The position numbers were made by a program, and so were the translations under genes. From NCBI GenBank assembly GCA_050290185.1, contig JBNKHE010000005.1:223321-287320 (forward strand): DNA of 64,000 bases, written 5' to 3'. The notes under the pieces are model-generated. The model made no database searches and was not told where the DNA came from. It worked only from the letters and a program-made list of their open reading frames with translations. Below, in pieces: positions 37,899-48,550 of this stretch. The DNA is from Pontiella sp. Its GTDB lineage: Bacteria; Verrucomicrobiota; Kiritimatiellia; Kiritimatiellales; Pontiellaceae. Numbering within the stretch: the stretch's first letter is position 1; every line of letters begins with the position of its first letter.

Positions 37899-39362
37899 AT
37901 GAACTTCAATGAATATGAGAATGATACGTTTTTCGATGAGCTAATCGACAATCAAGGACTGCCACGCGAATGCGCCAAGTTGCTTGTGGAGGCCATCGAA
38001 AAGCTGCCGGAGGGCGACCTATTAGTCCGACAGGCGGCCAGTGAACAGGCGATGCGCGATATGGGCGTCACCTTCAATGTGTACGGTTCCGGCGAGGGAA
38101 CCGAGCGGACGATACCGTTCGATATTGTTCCGCGCATCATCGATGGAGCAGAGTGGGATCCGGTAGAGGCCGGGCTCAAACAACGGATCAAGGCCGTTAA
38201 TCTCTTCATCGATGATATCTATCACGACCGGAAGATCATCGAGGACGGAATTATTCCGGAATGGGTATTCACGTCCTCCAAGGGCTACCTGCCCCAATGC
38301 CAGGGCATGAACCCGCCCAAGGGCGTCTGGGCGCACGTGACCGGCACCGACCTGATCCGCGATGCGGACGGCACTTTCTTTGTTCTTGAAGACAACCTGC
38401 GCGTCCCCTCCGGCGTTTCCTACGTGCTGCTCAATCGGGTTTTGATGAAGCGCAACTTTCCGGAAGTCTTCCACCAGAGCCAGGTCCGGCGCGTGGTCGA
38501 CTACCCGGACCAGTTCATGAAGATGCTTCACAGGCTCGCCCCCGAAGGCGTGGAAAAACCGCACGTGGCGGTCTTGACGCCTGGCGTCTACAATTCGGCC
38601 TATTTCGAGCACGCCTTCCTGGCCCAGCAGATGGGCGCCATGCTGGTGGAAGGGCGCGACCTGGTCCATGACGGAAAATACATCTGCGCTCGCACCACCG
38701 CCGGATTGCAGCGGATAGATGTGATCTACCGCCGCGTCGACGACGAATTCCTGGATCCAGAGGTATTCCGCGCCGACTCGGCGCTGGGGTGTCCCGGAAT
38801 GATGAAAGCCTTCCGGGACGGACATCTAACCTTGGCCAACGCGCCGGGCACCGGGGTGGCGGACGACAAGGTGGTCTATGCCTTCGTGCCCGACATGATC
38901 CGATACTATCTCGGCGAGGAACCGTTGTTGCCCAACGTACCGACGCACCTTTGCTACGACGAAGCCGCGCTGGAATACACCCTCGACAATCTCGACAAGC
39001 TGGTTGTCAAACCGGCCAGCGAATCGGGCGGCTATGGAATGATTGTCGGCCCGCATGCCACGCCCGAAGAGCGCAACGAATTTGCCAAGGCGCTTCGATC
39101 CAATCCCCGCAACTATATTTCCCAGCCCACCCTTTCCCTCTCCCGCGCGCCGGTGGTGGTGGGCGATCATTTCGAAGGGCGCCATCTGGATTTGCGCCCC
39201 TACATCCTGCACAGCGGCGACAGCACCTATGTATTGCCCGGCGGCCTCACCCGCGTCGCCCTGAAAAAGGGATCGCTCGTGGTCAACTCGTCGCAGGGTG
39301 GCGGAACGAAGGACACCTGGGTGGTCGACCGCGCCGCAAAGCCGGAGGTGGTACCATGCTAA
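37899..39362 (+). CDS. Circularly permuted type 2 ATP-grasp protein
   Basis: VLEDNLRVPSGVSY, NSAYFEH and VVNSSQGGGTKDTWV. Confidence 0.93.
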   Translation: MNFNEYENDTFFDELIDNQGLPRECAKLLVEAIEKLPEGDLLVRQAASEQAMRDMGVTFNVYGSGEGTERTIPFDIVPRIIDGAEWDPVEAGLKQRIKAVNLFIDDIYHDRKIIEDGIIPEWVFTSSKGYLPQCQGMNPPKGVWAHVTGTDLIRDADGTFFVLEDNLRVPSGVSYVLLNRVLMKRNFPEVFHQSQVRRVVDYPDQFMKMLHRLAPEGVEKPHVAVLTPGVYNSAYFEHAFLAQQMGAMLVEGRDLVHDGKYICARTTAGLQRIDVIYRRVDDEFLDPEVFRADSALGCPGMMKAFRDGHLTLANAPGTGVADDKVVYAFVPDMIRYYLGEEPLLPNVPTHLCYDEAALEYTLDNLDKLVVKPASESGGYGMIVGPHATPEERNEFAKALRSNPRNYISQPTLSLSRAPVVVGDHFEGRHLDLRPYILHSGDSTYVLPGGLTRVALKKGSLVVNSSQGGGTKDTWVVDRAAKPEVVPC

Positions 39363-40309
39363 GCCGCGTTGCCGACACCATATACTGGATGAGCCGCTAT
39401 CTCGAACGGGCCGCCAACACGGCACGGTTCCTCGAAGTCAGCTATCATATGAACCTGGACGACGACGGGGACGATACGCAACAGTGGGCGCCACTGGTGG
39501 AAATCACGGGCGACATGAAAACGTTCACCGCTCGCTACGGGGACACCTCGCGTGAAAACGTGATGCACTTCCTGATGTTCAACCCCGAATATCCCAACTC
39601 CATCGCCAGCTGCCTGCGGGCGGCGCGCGAAAACGCCCGCGGCCTGCGCGAAATCCTGCCGCCCGACCTCTTCAGCGAGATCAATGCACTCGGGAAATTG
39701 GTGCCGGAGGCAGTGAAGGAAAAGGCCTTTTTCCATCAGCGCGCCTTCGAGCTGTGTCGCCAGATCAAACGGACCGACATGCTGATCTCCGGCGTGCTCT
39801 CCGAAACCATGGAGCGCGGCAGGGGCTACTATTTCTGGAGACTGGGCGAATATCTCGAACGGGCCGACAAGACCTCGCGCCTGCTTCACGTAAAATACTT
39901 CCACCTGCTCCCGCACCTTTCCGATGTGGGCACCACGGTGGACGACATGCACTGGAGCGCGTTGCTGCTTTCACTCGATGCGCGGGAGGTCTACCACCGC
40001 ACCCACGGATTGATCGAACAGGAAAACGTAATCGACATGATCGTGCTCGACCGCGGATTCCCTAGGGCCATCCACTTCTGCATCCAGTCCGCGCTCGTCT
40101 GCCTCTACCGCATCACCAACGACCAATCCGGCATCCCGCACGAACTGCTGGAGCAGCTCCGCGCCAAGTTCGAGTCCATGGCGGCCAAGGATGTAATCGA
40201 AACCGGAATCAACGAATTTGTCGACGACCTGCAGCTCAGCCTCAACGGCATCAACAATGCAATCTTCGACCACTTCAACGCTGCACCCAAACTTTCCACT
40301 GGAGCCTGA
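39356..40309 (+). CDS. Alpha-E domain protein
   Basis: MLSRVAD..YWMSRYLERA, ARENAR and LERADKTSR. Confidence 0.93.
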   Translation: MLSRVADTIYWMSRYLERAANTARFLEVSYHMNLDDDGDDTQQWAPLVEITGDMKTFTARYGDTSRENVMHFLMFNPEYPNSIASCLRAARENARGLREILPPDLFSEINALGKLVPEAVKEKAFFHQRAFELCRQIKRTDMLISGVLSETMERGRGYYFWRLGEYLERADKTSRLLHVKYFHLLPHLSDVGTTVDDMHWSALLLSLDAREVYHRTHGLIEQENVIDMIVLDRGFPRAIHFCIQSALVCLYRITNDQSGIPHELLEQLRAKFESMAAKDVIETGINEFVDDLQLSLNGINNAIFDHFNAAPKLSTGA

Positions 40310-40313
40310 ATAC

Positions 40314-43300
40314 ATGGCCATCCGCGTCGCACTGAACCACAAGACCGAATACCGTTACGATAGATTGGCAGAGCTTGGCCCGCAGATCATCCGTCTGCGC
40401 CCCACCCCGCACTGCCGCACGCCGATCGTCAGTTACTCGTTGCAAATCGAACCGGACGACCACTTCCTCAACTGGCAGCAGGATCCGCAAAATAACTATC
40501 TCGCGCGCCTGCTGGTCAACAAGCCGACGAACAAGTTCAGCATGGAGGTCGATCTGGTTGCCGATCTGAAACCGATCAACCCCTTCGACTTCTTTCTTGA
40601 AGAAGACGCCGAAACCTACCCGTTTGAATATCAGCCCAAGCTCCGCCGCGAGTTGCGCAGCTATTTTGCCAAACAACGCCTGACACCACTCTTCCATGAA
40701 TTTCTTGAATCGATCGATACGTCGGAACTCCGCAGTATAGACTTTTTGGCCATGGTCAACGCCAAGGTCAACGCACATCTGGAATACACCCTGCGGATGG
40801 ATCCCGGCATCTATACGCCCGAACGCACGCTGAAGGAAGGCAAAGGCAGCTGCCGCGATTTTGCGTGGCTGCTGGTAAACCTTTTCCGCCGGCTGGGGCT
40901 CGCCGCCCGCTTTGTCTCCGGCTATTCCATCCAGCTCGTCGCTGATGAAAAACCGGTCGACCCCAACGCTCCCGCCGGCGTCTCGGAAGACATCTGCGAC
41001 CTGCACGCCTGGTGCGAGGTCTACCTGCCCGGCGCGGGCTGGGTCGGGCTCGACGCCACCAGCGGCCTCTTCTGCGGCGAAGGCCACATTCCCCTCGCCA
41101 CCTCCGCCGATGCCAGGGGAGCCTCGCCGCTCGAAGGTGGCATCACGCCCTGCAAAACCGAATTCAACGTCGAAATGTCCGTCACCCGCATCCACGAGGA
41201 TCCGCGCGTCACCAAGCCCTACACCGACGGCCAGTGGAAAGCCATTGTCGAACTCGGCGACGACGTCGACCGCCGCCTCGTCGCCGGCGACGTCCGCTTG
41301 AGCATGGGCGGCGAACCCACCTTTATTTCGGCCACCGACCTCGAAGGCGACGAATGGAACACCGGCGCGGTCGGACCGACCAAGAAGCCGCTTTCGGAAA
41401 AGCTGATCGGTCGCCTCCGCGCCCGCTTTGGGCCCAAGGGCCTGCTGCATTTCGGGCAGGGAAAATGGTATCCCGGCGAGCCGTTGCCCCGCTGGGCGCT
41501 CGGGCTCTATTGGCGCAAAGACGGCGTCGCCATCTGGGAAAAGGACGAGCTGATCGGCAGCGAAAACACCGAATATGGATTTACCCACACGGACGCCCTC
41601 GCCCTGACCGAGGAACTCACCCGCCAGATCGGCGTTGACCGCTCCTACATCAATCCGGCCTTCGAGGACCCCGTCAAGTTTTCGTTGCGCGAACGCGAAC
41701 TGCCGATCAACGTCGACCCGCTAGACAGCAAGCTCGACGACCCGCAGGAACGCCAGCAACTGCTCAAGGTTTTTTCGCGCGGCCTCAACACGCCCGTCGG
41801 CTACATCCTTCCGTTGCAGCGCGCCTTCAACCACGACGGCCCAACGTGGCAAAGCGGACTCTGGATGCTGCGCGGCCAGCAACTGTTTCTCGTTCCCGGC
41901 GACTCGCCGATGGGCCTGCGCCTGCCGCTCGAAAGCCTCCCGTGGGCCAAGCAGGAGGAACGCCCGGTTTTTGGAGCGTCGGATCCGTCAGGAAACTATC
42001 CCGATCTACCGAGCCGCCGGGCCCTCGTCGTTCCGCAAAAACAAGGCGACGCGCCGCACGATCCGGGCATTTTCGAAAGCAATGAGCAAACCTCCGACCA
42101 GCTTCCGCAGGACCGCTTGCCCGCTCCCGGCCAATCCGCGCCGTGGGTCATCCGCACCGCGCTTTGCGTGGAATGCCGCGATGGCCGCCTCTACGTTTTC
42201 ATGCCGCCGGCAGAAAGCATCGAAGACTATCTCGATCTCATCGCCGCCGTGGAACATGCCGCTGAAATTGTAGGCACGCCCGTATTGATCGAAGGCTACG
42301 CGCCGCCGCACGATCCGCGCATCGAATACATGAAGGTCACGCCCGACCCCGGCGTCATCGAAGTCAACATTCAGCCCGCCTATTCCTGGCGCGAAATGAT
42401 CAACAACACCACGGTGCTCTACGACGAGGCCCGCCAATGGTTGCTGCGCACCGACAAGTTCCAGCTCGACGGACGGCATACCGGAACCGGCGGCGGCAAC
42501 CATGTCGTGGTCGGCGGCGCGACGCCGGCGGATTCCCCCTTCCTGCGCCGGCCCGACCTGCTGAAATCGCTCATCGGCTACTGGTTCAACCATCCATCGC
42601 TGAGCTATCTCTTCAGCGGCCTGTTCATTGGCCCGACCTCGCAGGCGCCGCGCGTCGACGAAGGCCGCCCGGATGCCGCCTATGAAATGGAACTGGCGTT
42701 CAAGCAAATCCCGAACATGAACGAAGCGTCCATTCCGCCGTGGCTGGTCGACCGCGTCTTCCGGCACTTGCTGACCGACCTTACCGGCAATACGCACCGC
42801 GCCGAATTCTGCATCGACAAGATGTATTCGCCCGACAGCGCGACGGGTCGGCTCGGACTGGTCGAATTCCGCGGATTCGAAATGCCTCCGCACGCCCAGA
42901 TGAGCCTGACCCAGCAACTGCTGCTCCGCGCGTTGATCGCCCGTTTCTGGACCGCGCCCTACGACGCACCGCTGACCCGCTGGTTGACGCACCTGCACGA
43001 CCGATTCATGCTGCCGCATTTTGTTCACCAGGATTTCGAAGAGGTGATCAGCGAACTCAACGCCGCCGGCTTCCCGTTCCGGCAGGAATGGTTCGCCACC
43101 CATTTCGAGTTCCGCTTTCCGGTGATTGGAACCGTCGTGATCGACGGCGTTTCGATCGAGCTGCGCCAGGCGATCGAACCGTGGCTCGTGCTCGGCGAAG
43201 AAGCGGGCGGCGGCGGTACGGCCCGCTATGTCGACTCCTCGCTCGAACGGCTCCAAATCAAGGTGGCCGGCTTGAACGAACAGCGGCATGCGATTTCCGT

Positions 43301-43655
43301 GAACGGACTGGAAATCCCGTTGACCGCAACCGATCAGCCGGGTGTGTTTGTCGCCGGCATCCGCTACCGGGCATGGCAGCCGCCGAGCTGCCTCCATCCG
43401 ACCATTCCAGTGCACGCTCCGCTTGTATTCGATCTGGTGGATCGGCAGAATGCGCGCGCCGTTGGAGGCTGTACCTACTATGTCAGCCACCCCGGCGGAA
43501 GAAGCCATGAAATATTTCCAATCAACGCACTTGAAGCAGAAACCCGGCGCGCCGAGCGTTTCCGGACCCTGGGCCACACGCCCGGGCCGTTCCAGATGCG
43601 CCGCGTTCCGCGAAACACCGAAATGCCGGTCACACTCGATTTGCGGCGATTCTAA
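40314..43655 (+). CDS. Transglutaminase domain + DUF2126 (putative amidoligase) protein
   Basis: GSCRDFAW, DLHAW, GWVGLD, TPDPGVIEVN and TGTGGGNH. Confidence 0.9.
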   Translation: MAIRVALNHKTEYRYDRLAELGPQIIRLRPTPHCRTPIVSYSLQIEPDDHFLNWQQDPQNNYLARLLVNKPTNKFSMEVDLVADLKPINPFDFFLEEDAETYPFEYQPKLRRELRSYFAKQRLTPLFHEFLESIDTSELRSIDFLAMVNAKVNAHLEYTLRMDPGIYTPERTLKEGKGSCRDFAWLLVNLFRRLGLAARFVSGYSIQLVADEKPVDPNAPAGVSEDICDLHAWCEVYLPGAGWVGLDATSGLFCGEGHIPLATSADARGASPLEGGITPCKTEFNVEMSVTRIHEDPRVTKPYTDGQWKAIVELGDDVDRRLVAGDVRLSMGGEPTFISATDLEGDEWNTGAVGPTKKPLSEKLIGRLRARFGPKGLLHFGQGKWYPGEPLPRWALGLYWRKDGVAIWEKDELIGSENTEYGFTHTDALALTEELTRQIGVDRSYINPAFEDPVKFSLRERELPINVDPLDSKLDDPQERQQLLKVFSRGLNTPVGYILPLQRAFNHDGPTWQSGLWMLRGQQLFLVPGDSPMGLRLPLESLPWAKQEERPVFGASDPSGNYPDLPSRRALVVPQKQGDAPHDPGIFESNEQTSDQLPQDRLPAPGQSAPWVIRTALCVECRDGRLYVFMPPAESIEDYLDLIAAVEHAAEIVGTPVLIEGYAPPHDPRIEYMKVTPDPGVIEVNIQPAYSWREMINNTTVLYDEARQWLLRTDKFQLDGRHTGTGGGNHVVVGGATPADSPFLRRPDLLKSLIGYWFNHPSLSYLFSGLFIGPTSQAPRVDEGRPDAAYEMELAFKQIPNMNEASIPPWLVDRVFRHLLTDLTGNTHRAEFCIDKMYSPDSATGRLGLVEFRGFEMPPHAQMSLTQQLLLRALIARFWTAPYDAPLTRWLTHLHDRFMLPHFVHQDFEEVISELNAAGFPFRQEWFATHFEFRFPVIGTVVIDGVSIELRQAIEPWLVLGEEAGGGGTARYVDSSLERLQIKVAGLNEQRHAISVNGLEIPLTATDQPGVFVAGIRYRAWQPPSCLHPTIPVHAPLVFDLVDRQNARAVGGCTYYVSHPGGRSHEIFPINALEAETRRAERFRTLGHTPGPFQMRRVPRNTEMPVTLDLRRF

Positions 43656-43670
43656 CAGGACCGCCTGCGC

Positions 43671-46208
43671 ATGAACGATTTGACCAACGCCTACCAACCC
43701 ATTGCAGGCGCGTACCCGGAAATGATGGATCCCAAGGGGGCCATACGCCCGCAATGGCAAACCATGCTGGACCAGCTGGCGGCCTACGGACCGGAAAACA
43801 TCGAGGCCCGCTGGCAGCGCGCGCAGCGCATGATCCGCGAAAACGGCGTCACCTACAATGTCTACGAAGACGCCAAGGGCGGTAGCCATCCCTGGGTGCT
43901 CGATCCTGTTCCGCTGATGCTCGGCCCCGATGAATGGGAGGAACTTTCCGCCGGGTTGATCCAGCGGATGCGGGTGCTCAATCTGGCGCTGTCGGATCTC
44001 TATTCCGACCAAACGCTGCTGAAGGAAGGCGTCCTGCCGAGCGAACTGGTCTTCGCAAACCCCGGCTTTCTCCGGCCCTGCTCCCGGATCAAGCCCCCGA
44101 ACGGACACTACCTCTCGCTGCACGCCGTCGACCTCGCCCGCACCCCATCCGGAAAATGGTGCGTGGTGAAGGATCTATCCCAGACTCCGCCGGGCGCGGG
44201 CTACGCCCTTGAAAACCGGCTGGTGGTATCGCGCACCTTCCCGTCGATGTACCGCAATTGCGGCATCCAGCGCCTCGCTCCGTTTTTCGCCGCCCTGCGC
44301 GACAACCTTGAAAGCCTCGCTCAAACCGCCGCGCCGCATATCGTCGTGCTGACGCCGGGGCCGCATAGTTCCAGCTATTTCGAACACGCCTACATCGCCC
44401 GCTATCTCGGCTATCCGCTGGTGGTTGGAAACGACCTCACTGTCCGGGGCAACCAGGTCTTCCTCAAAACGCTGGCCGGTTTGCAGAAGGTGGATGTGAT
44501 CTTCCGCCGCCTGGCGGACAGCTACTGCGATCCGCTGGAACTTTCCGCCGATTCCCTGCTCGGTATTCCCGGACTGGTACAGGCGACGCTCGACGGAGAA
44601 GTGGCCATTGCAAACGCCCTTGGCAGCGGTCTGGCCGAAACCCCGGCGATGCTCCCCTTCTTCCCCGGCCTCTGTCGCAAATTCCTCGGGGAGGAACCGC
44701 GCCTGGCGACCTTGCCGACCTTGTGGTGCGGGCAGGAAAAGGAATGCCGGAAAGTCCTATCGCAGCTCGACCGCTGGGTCGTAAAACGCGCCTTTTCCGG
44801 CCAGCGCGAAAAACCGGTTTTTGTCCACGCGCTTTCCCCGCAGGAACGCAACCGCCTCGCCGACCGGATCAAGACGGAGCCGGAGCAGTTCATCGCGCAG
44901 GAAAACATTGCGCTATCCTCGTCGCCGTGCTGGCAGAACCAACGGCTCACGGCGCGGCACACCATGCTGCGCGCATTCATTGTCGCGACCCGCGACGGCT
45001 GGCAGGTGATGCCCGGCGGCCTTGTACGTACCTCGCCGCAGGTAAACTCCACCATCGTCAGCATGGAGAGCGGAGGCGGTTCCAAGGATGCCTGGGTGCA
45101 GGCCCGCGGAGCGGTCGAACCCTTCTCCCTGCTGCCGACGGAAGAACAGGCGATCGAGCCATCCCGCAGCGACGCCAACCTATCGAGCCGCATCGCCGAC
45201 AATCTGTTTTGGCTGGGGCGCTATGTCCAGCGCGCAGACATGCATGCGCGGGTCATGCGGACCATTCTCCGGCGGCTCACCGAAGAAACCATGCCCGACG
45301 GATCGCCGGAGCTTCCGGCCCTGCTCCAAACACTTGCCGAAATGACCGGCCAATCCGCCGAAGGCCAGGTCATTGCCGATCCCATTCGTGAAGCGGAGGC
45401 CACCCGCACCTTCATCTACAACATGATTTTCGACCCCACCCAACCGGGAACCCTGCACCACGCGCTGACCAGCGCCTGCGGGGTCGGCGCCATGGTGCGC
45501 GAACGAATAAGCATCGACACGTGGCGCATTCTCGACCGCATGAACAGCGAACTGCACTCCCCGCCCCGGAGCGGCGACCTTCCCGATGCACTCGACATGC
45601 TTGACCGCCTACTCATGCCGCTGGCCGCCTTTTCCGGACTGAGTTCGGAAAGCATGACCCATGGCTTTGGCTGGCGGTTTATGGACATGGGATTCCGGAT
45701 GGAGCGGGCCGTCATGAGCGCCCAGGTCCTACGCGAACTGCTTACGGAGCCTGTCGCCCACGAGACCGCAGTACTCGATGCCATTCTGGAAGTGGCCAAC
45801 AGCTCCATCACCTACCGTTCGCGCTATCAAAGCCGGGTCGCCCCACTGCCCTTGCTCGACCTGCTGGTCTGCGACGATTCGAACCCGCGCAGCATCGCTT
45901 TCCAGCTGGCACTGGTTCAGCAACATGTGCAGGCCCTTTCCCAGCTTCCTCGAAGCGGCATCGCCGAGGAGAAAACCCTGGCCACCGCGCTCGTGCAAAA
46001 GGTCGAGCAATGCGACTTGAACGTGCTGCTCCAAACCGATGCGAAAGGCCAGCGCTCCGAGTTGCACCGTTTCCTGGACGACGTCATCACCCAGGTCCAC
46101 GGCTTGAGCGACCGGATCACCCAGCGCTATCTGGCCCACGTACAAGCCACCAGCAAGCTCTCCGCCTCTGTCGGGACCGATAACTGGATTGAAGGGGCGG
46201 AAGCATGA
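43671..46208 (+). CDS. Circularly permuted ATP-grasp + alpha-E fusion
   Basis: GYALENR, YFEH, GGGSKDAWV, then ADNLFWLGRY. Confidence 0.92.
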   Translation: MNDLTNAYQPIAGAYPEMMDPKGAIRPQWQTMLDQLAAYGPENIEARWQRAQRMIRENGVTYNVYEDAKGGSHPWVLDPVPLMLGPDEWEELSAGLIQRMRVLNLALSDLYSDQTLLKEGVLPSELVFANPGFLRPCSRIKPPNGHYLSLHAVDLARTPSGKWCVVKDLSQTPPGAGYALENRLVVSRTFPSMYRNCGIQRLAPFFAALRDNLESLAQTAAPHIVVLTPGPHSSSYFEHAYIARYLGYPLVVGNDLTVRGNQVFLKTLAGLQKVDVIFRRLADSYCDPLELSADSLLGIPGLVQATLDGEVAIANALGSGLAETPAMLPFFPGLCRKFLGEEPRLATLPTLWCGQEKECRKVLSQLDRWVVKRAFSGQREKPVFVHALSPQERNRLADRIKTEPEQFIAQENIALSSSPCWQNQRLTARHTMLRAFIVATRDGWQVMPGGLVRTSPQVNSTIVSMESGGGSKDAWVQARGAVEPFSLLPTEEQAIEPSRSDANLSSRIADNLFWLGRYVQRADMHARVMRTILRRLTEETMPDGSPELPALLQTLAEMTGQSAEGQVIADPIREAEATRTFIYNMIFDPTQPGTLHHALTSACGVGAMVRERISIDTWRILDRMNSELHSPPRSGDLPDALDMLDRLLMPLAAFSGLSSESMTHGFGWRFMDMGFRMERAVMSAQVLRELLTEPVAHETAVLDAILEVANSSITYRSRYQSRVAPLPLLDLLVCDDSNPRSIAFQLALVQQHVQALSQLPRSGIAEEKTLATALVQKVEQCDLNVLLQTDAKGQRSELHRFLDDVITQVHGLSDRITQRYLAHVQATSKLSASVGTDNWIEGAEA

Positions 46209-47110
46209 TCTACCATCTCCGCCACCTCACCGCCTTCCGCTACACGCAGCCGGTCACGTTTGTCTACAACGCGCTCCACCTCAAACCGAGGCAGCTACCC
46301 TGGCAAAACGTCCGCTCCTTCCGCCTCTCCGTCGAACCGGAACCGGCGGTGCTTACCGAGCGCATCGATTATTTTGGAAACACCGCGACCTTCTTCACCA
46401 TACAGGCTCCGCACGACGCCATGAAGGTGCTCACCGAGTCCGTCATCGAAGTACTGCCGCGTCCGGCACCATTGCCATCGGGCGTGATCTGGAATTCGGC
46501 GCGGCAGGCCATGCGAGCCGACCTCTCCGCCGCCGGACTCGATGCCTACCAGTACAGCTTTGATTCCATCCATGCCAAACCGCTCGACGAAGCAAGACTC
46601 TACGCCCAGCCCTCTTGCCAACCGGGCCGTTCCATCCACGCGGTGGCGACCGACCTGATGCACCGGATCCACGCCGATTTTACGTTCGACCCCAAGGCCA
46701 CCACCGTCGCCACCCCGGTATCCGACGTGCTCAAGAACCGGCGGGGCGTTTGCCAGGATTTTGCGCATCTGATGATTTCATGCCTGCGCAGCATCGGGCT
46801 CTCCGCCCGCTACATGAGCGGCTACATCCAAACCACGCCGCCGCCCGGACAGCCCCGCCTCGCCGGCGCGGACGCCTCGCACGCGTGGGTCGGCGTCTAT
46901 TGCCCACAGGCCGGCTGGCTGGAACTCGATCCCACCAATAACCAAATGGCCGATGAGCAATACATCACGCTCGGATGGGGCCGCGACTACCACGACATCA
47001 GCCCGGCCAAAGGCGTGCTCCTCGGCGGCGGACAACATACCGTGCATGCGCAGGTCGACATGATCCCGGAAACAGAACTCATCCAGGCCCAGCAACAGCA
47101 GCAGCAATAA
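46205..47110 (+). CDS. Transglutaminase family protein with poly-Gln tail
   Basis: GVCQDFAH, SHAW, DPTN and GRDY. Confidence 0.92.
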   Translation: MIYHLRHLTAFRYTQPVTFVYNALHLKPRQLPWQNVRSFRLSVEPEPAVLTERIDYFGNTATFFTIQAPHDAMKVLTESVIEVLPRPAPLPSGVIWNSARQAMRADLSAAGLDAYQYSFDSIHAKPLDEARLYAQPSCQPGRSIHAVATDLMHRIHADFTFDPKATTVATPVSDVLKNRRGVCQDFAHLMISCLRSIGLSARYMSGYIQTTPPPGQPRLAGADASHAWVGVYCPQAGWLELDPTNNQMADEQYITLGWGRDYHDISPAKGVLLGGGQHTVHAQVDMIPETELIQAQQQQQQ

Positions 47111-47115
47111 CAAAA

Positions 47116-47184
47116 AACACCAAGACACAAGGATCACAAAGAGACCTTTCGAGCTCTTCTTGGAGTACTTTGAGCCTTCGTGTT
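47116..47184. repeat. Intergenic imperfect palindrome built of 9-nt CAC-NAAG units
   Basis: AACACCAAGACACAAGGATCACAAAG ... CTTGGAGTACTTTGAGCCTTCGTGTT. Confidence 0.6.
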
Positions 47185-47680
47185 AAAATTCCGCTCGGAT
47201 GGCGGACAGAATCTCATCCTGCGGCTTGCCGGAGCACTCGATGACGGTACCGGCATATTGCATGTAGAGCGGATGCCGTTCGGCATAGAGATCGTCGAGG
47301 GTCATGCCGGGCTTAATGACAACACCCCGCTGGGACGTATCGCCAATCCGTTGCTTGATTTCATTGATCGGCACGTCCAGAAAAATAATGCGAGCGATCG
47401 ACTGCAGATGCTGCATGGCATCGTCGTAATAGACCACGCTTCCGCCCGTCGCAATCACGCAGTTGTCGCATACCACGGAACGTGCCGTATCGGATTCCAG
47501 TTTGCGGTAGGCCTCCATGCCGTTGGCATCCTGGAATGCCTGCATGCTTTCGCCGGCACGCGCCTGCACCAGCAGGTCGGTATCGATGAACCCCATCGAG
47601 AGCCACTTCGCCAGCTGTACACCGATCGTGCTCTTCCCGCACGCCGGCATCCCGATTAAAACGATGTTGTTTTTTTTCAT
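47183..47680 (-). CDS. aroK: Shikimate kinase
   Basis: IGMPACGKST, DTD, VIATGGS and R-LY. Confidence 0.9.
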   Translation of the reverse strand: MKKNNIVLIGMPACGKSTIGVQLAKWLSMGFIDTDLLVQARAGESMQAFQDANGMEAYRKLESDTARSVVCDNCVIATGGSVVYYDDAMQHLQSIARIIFLDVPINEIKQRIGDTSQRGVVIKPGMTLDDLYAERHPLYMQYAGTVIECSGKPQDEILSAIRAEF

Positions 47681-47763
47681 TCAACCACCCGCTATGCTAG
47701 AGAACACCGAGATACGTAGAGGCTCATCCTCAGTGTTCCTCCGAGTCCTCTTTGATTAGAAAA

Positions 47764-48057
47764 TTAAACCTCATAATCCACGAGCGCACGTTCGCAGACG
47801 AGCGGCTTGACGAATTCGACCACCTTGAGGTGAGCGGGATCATCGGCGTAGGATTGAAGATCGGAAAGACTGTGGAACAGTGTGGTCAGCACCATGTCTT
47901 TCGAGGCCTCCGTTCCGACGACATCCATGCCCACTTCAATCTGCAACAGGCTTGGCACCACACCCTTCAGCGATTCCAACTGCCGCTTCATCTCCAGCTT
48001 GTCCGCCTCGGCCACGTCATCCTTGAACTTCCACATCACGATATGCTTGATCATCAT
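47764..48057 (-). CDS. Dabb family (stress-responsive alpha/beta barrel) protein
   Basis: MIKHIVMWKF...Y..DPAH...VDYE. Confidence 0.88.
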   Translation of the reverse strand: MMIKHIVMWKFKDDVAEADKLEMKRQLESLKGVVPSLLQIEVGMDVVGTEASKDMVLTTLFHSLSDLQSYADDPAHLKVVEFVKPLVCERALVDYEV

Positions 48058-48091
48058 TCTTCCTTTCAAGTGAACCAATGCACCGGAGTTT

Positions 48092-48160
48092 AACCACGAA
48101 GGCACGAAGTACACAAAGAGTAAACTTCCGCTCCTTCGAGTTCTCCGTACTCTCGTGGTT
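48092..48160. repeat. Intergenic imperfect palindrome built of 9-nt units
   Basis: AACCACGAAGGCACGAAGTACACAAAG ... CTTCGAGTTCTCCGTACTCTCGTGGTT. Confidence 0.7.
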
Positions 48161-48184
48161 TTAATATAACCAACCCCGGCGAAC

Positions 48185-48550
48185 CTAATCGTCTTCGTAC
48201 AGCTCGTTGATAATATCCCACGCTTCGGGTTCGTCCGCGCGGAGTCGGCACAACAACCCGTAGTGATAGATCAGCAACTGGATATGCTTGGCCTTGAACA
48301 AGCTGAAATTGGCGTTGGCGCCGAAGCCCTCGGCCATCATGCCTTCCGGAGGAAGATCATTCACACGCTCGATCTCCTGCTGCAGATCATGCCTCCCCAT
48401 GCGCAAAAAACCCGGCGTATGCAAAAGCAGCACCGGTTCGTAGTTCATGGCTTCCAGATCGCTGGCGGTCGATTCAATCTTGCTGGCAGGCGCATCATCC
48501 GGAAACCCCTTTAGCACCTGCTCCCATTTCCGTTTATGTTTCATCTTCAT
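48185..48550 (-). CDS. Hypothetical protein
   Basis: GGAGG RBS; host-like codon usage. Confidence 0.75.
   Translation of the reverse strand: MKMKHKRKWEQVLKGFPDDAPASKIESTASDLEAMNYEPVLLLHTPGFLRMGRHDLQQEIERVNDLPPEGMMAEGFGANANFSLFKAKHIQLLIYHYGLLCRLRADEPEAWDIINELYEDD

Noticed and set aside
32708..40313. Long N-terminal extensions in the ORF track (32708, 33929, 38789, 40218)
   Set aside because: They overlap upstream genes; coupled downstream starts at 33089, 34187, 39356 and 40314 match the family N-termini.
42006..44123. 705-aa antisense ORF and other long shadow ORFs (12844-14166, 19159-20340, 40275-41588, 54727-55920)
   Set aside because: They lie opposite well-supported genes in GC-rich DNA and show no recognisable motifs.
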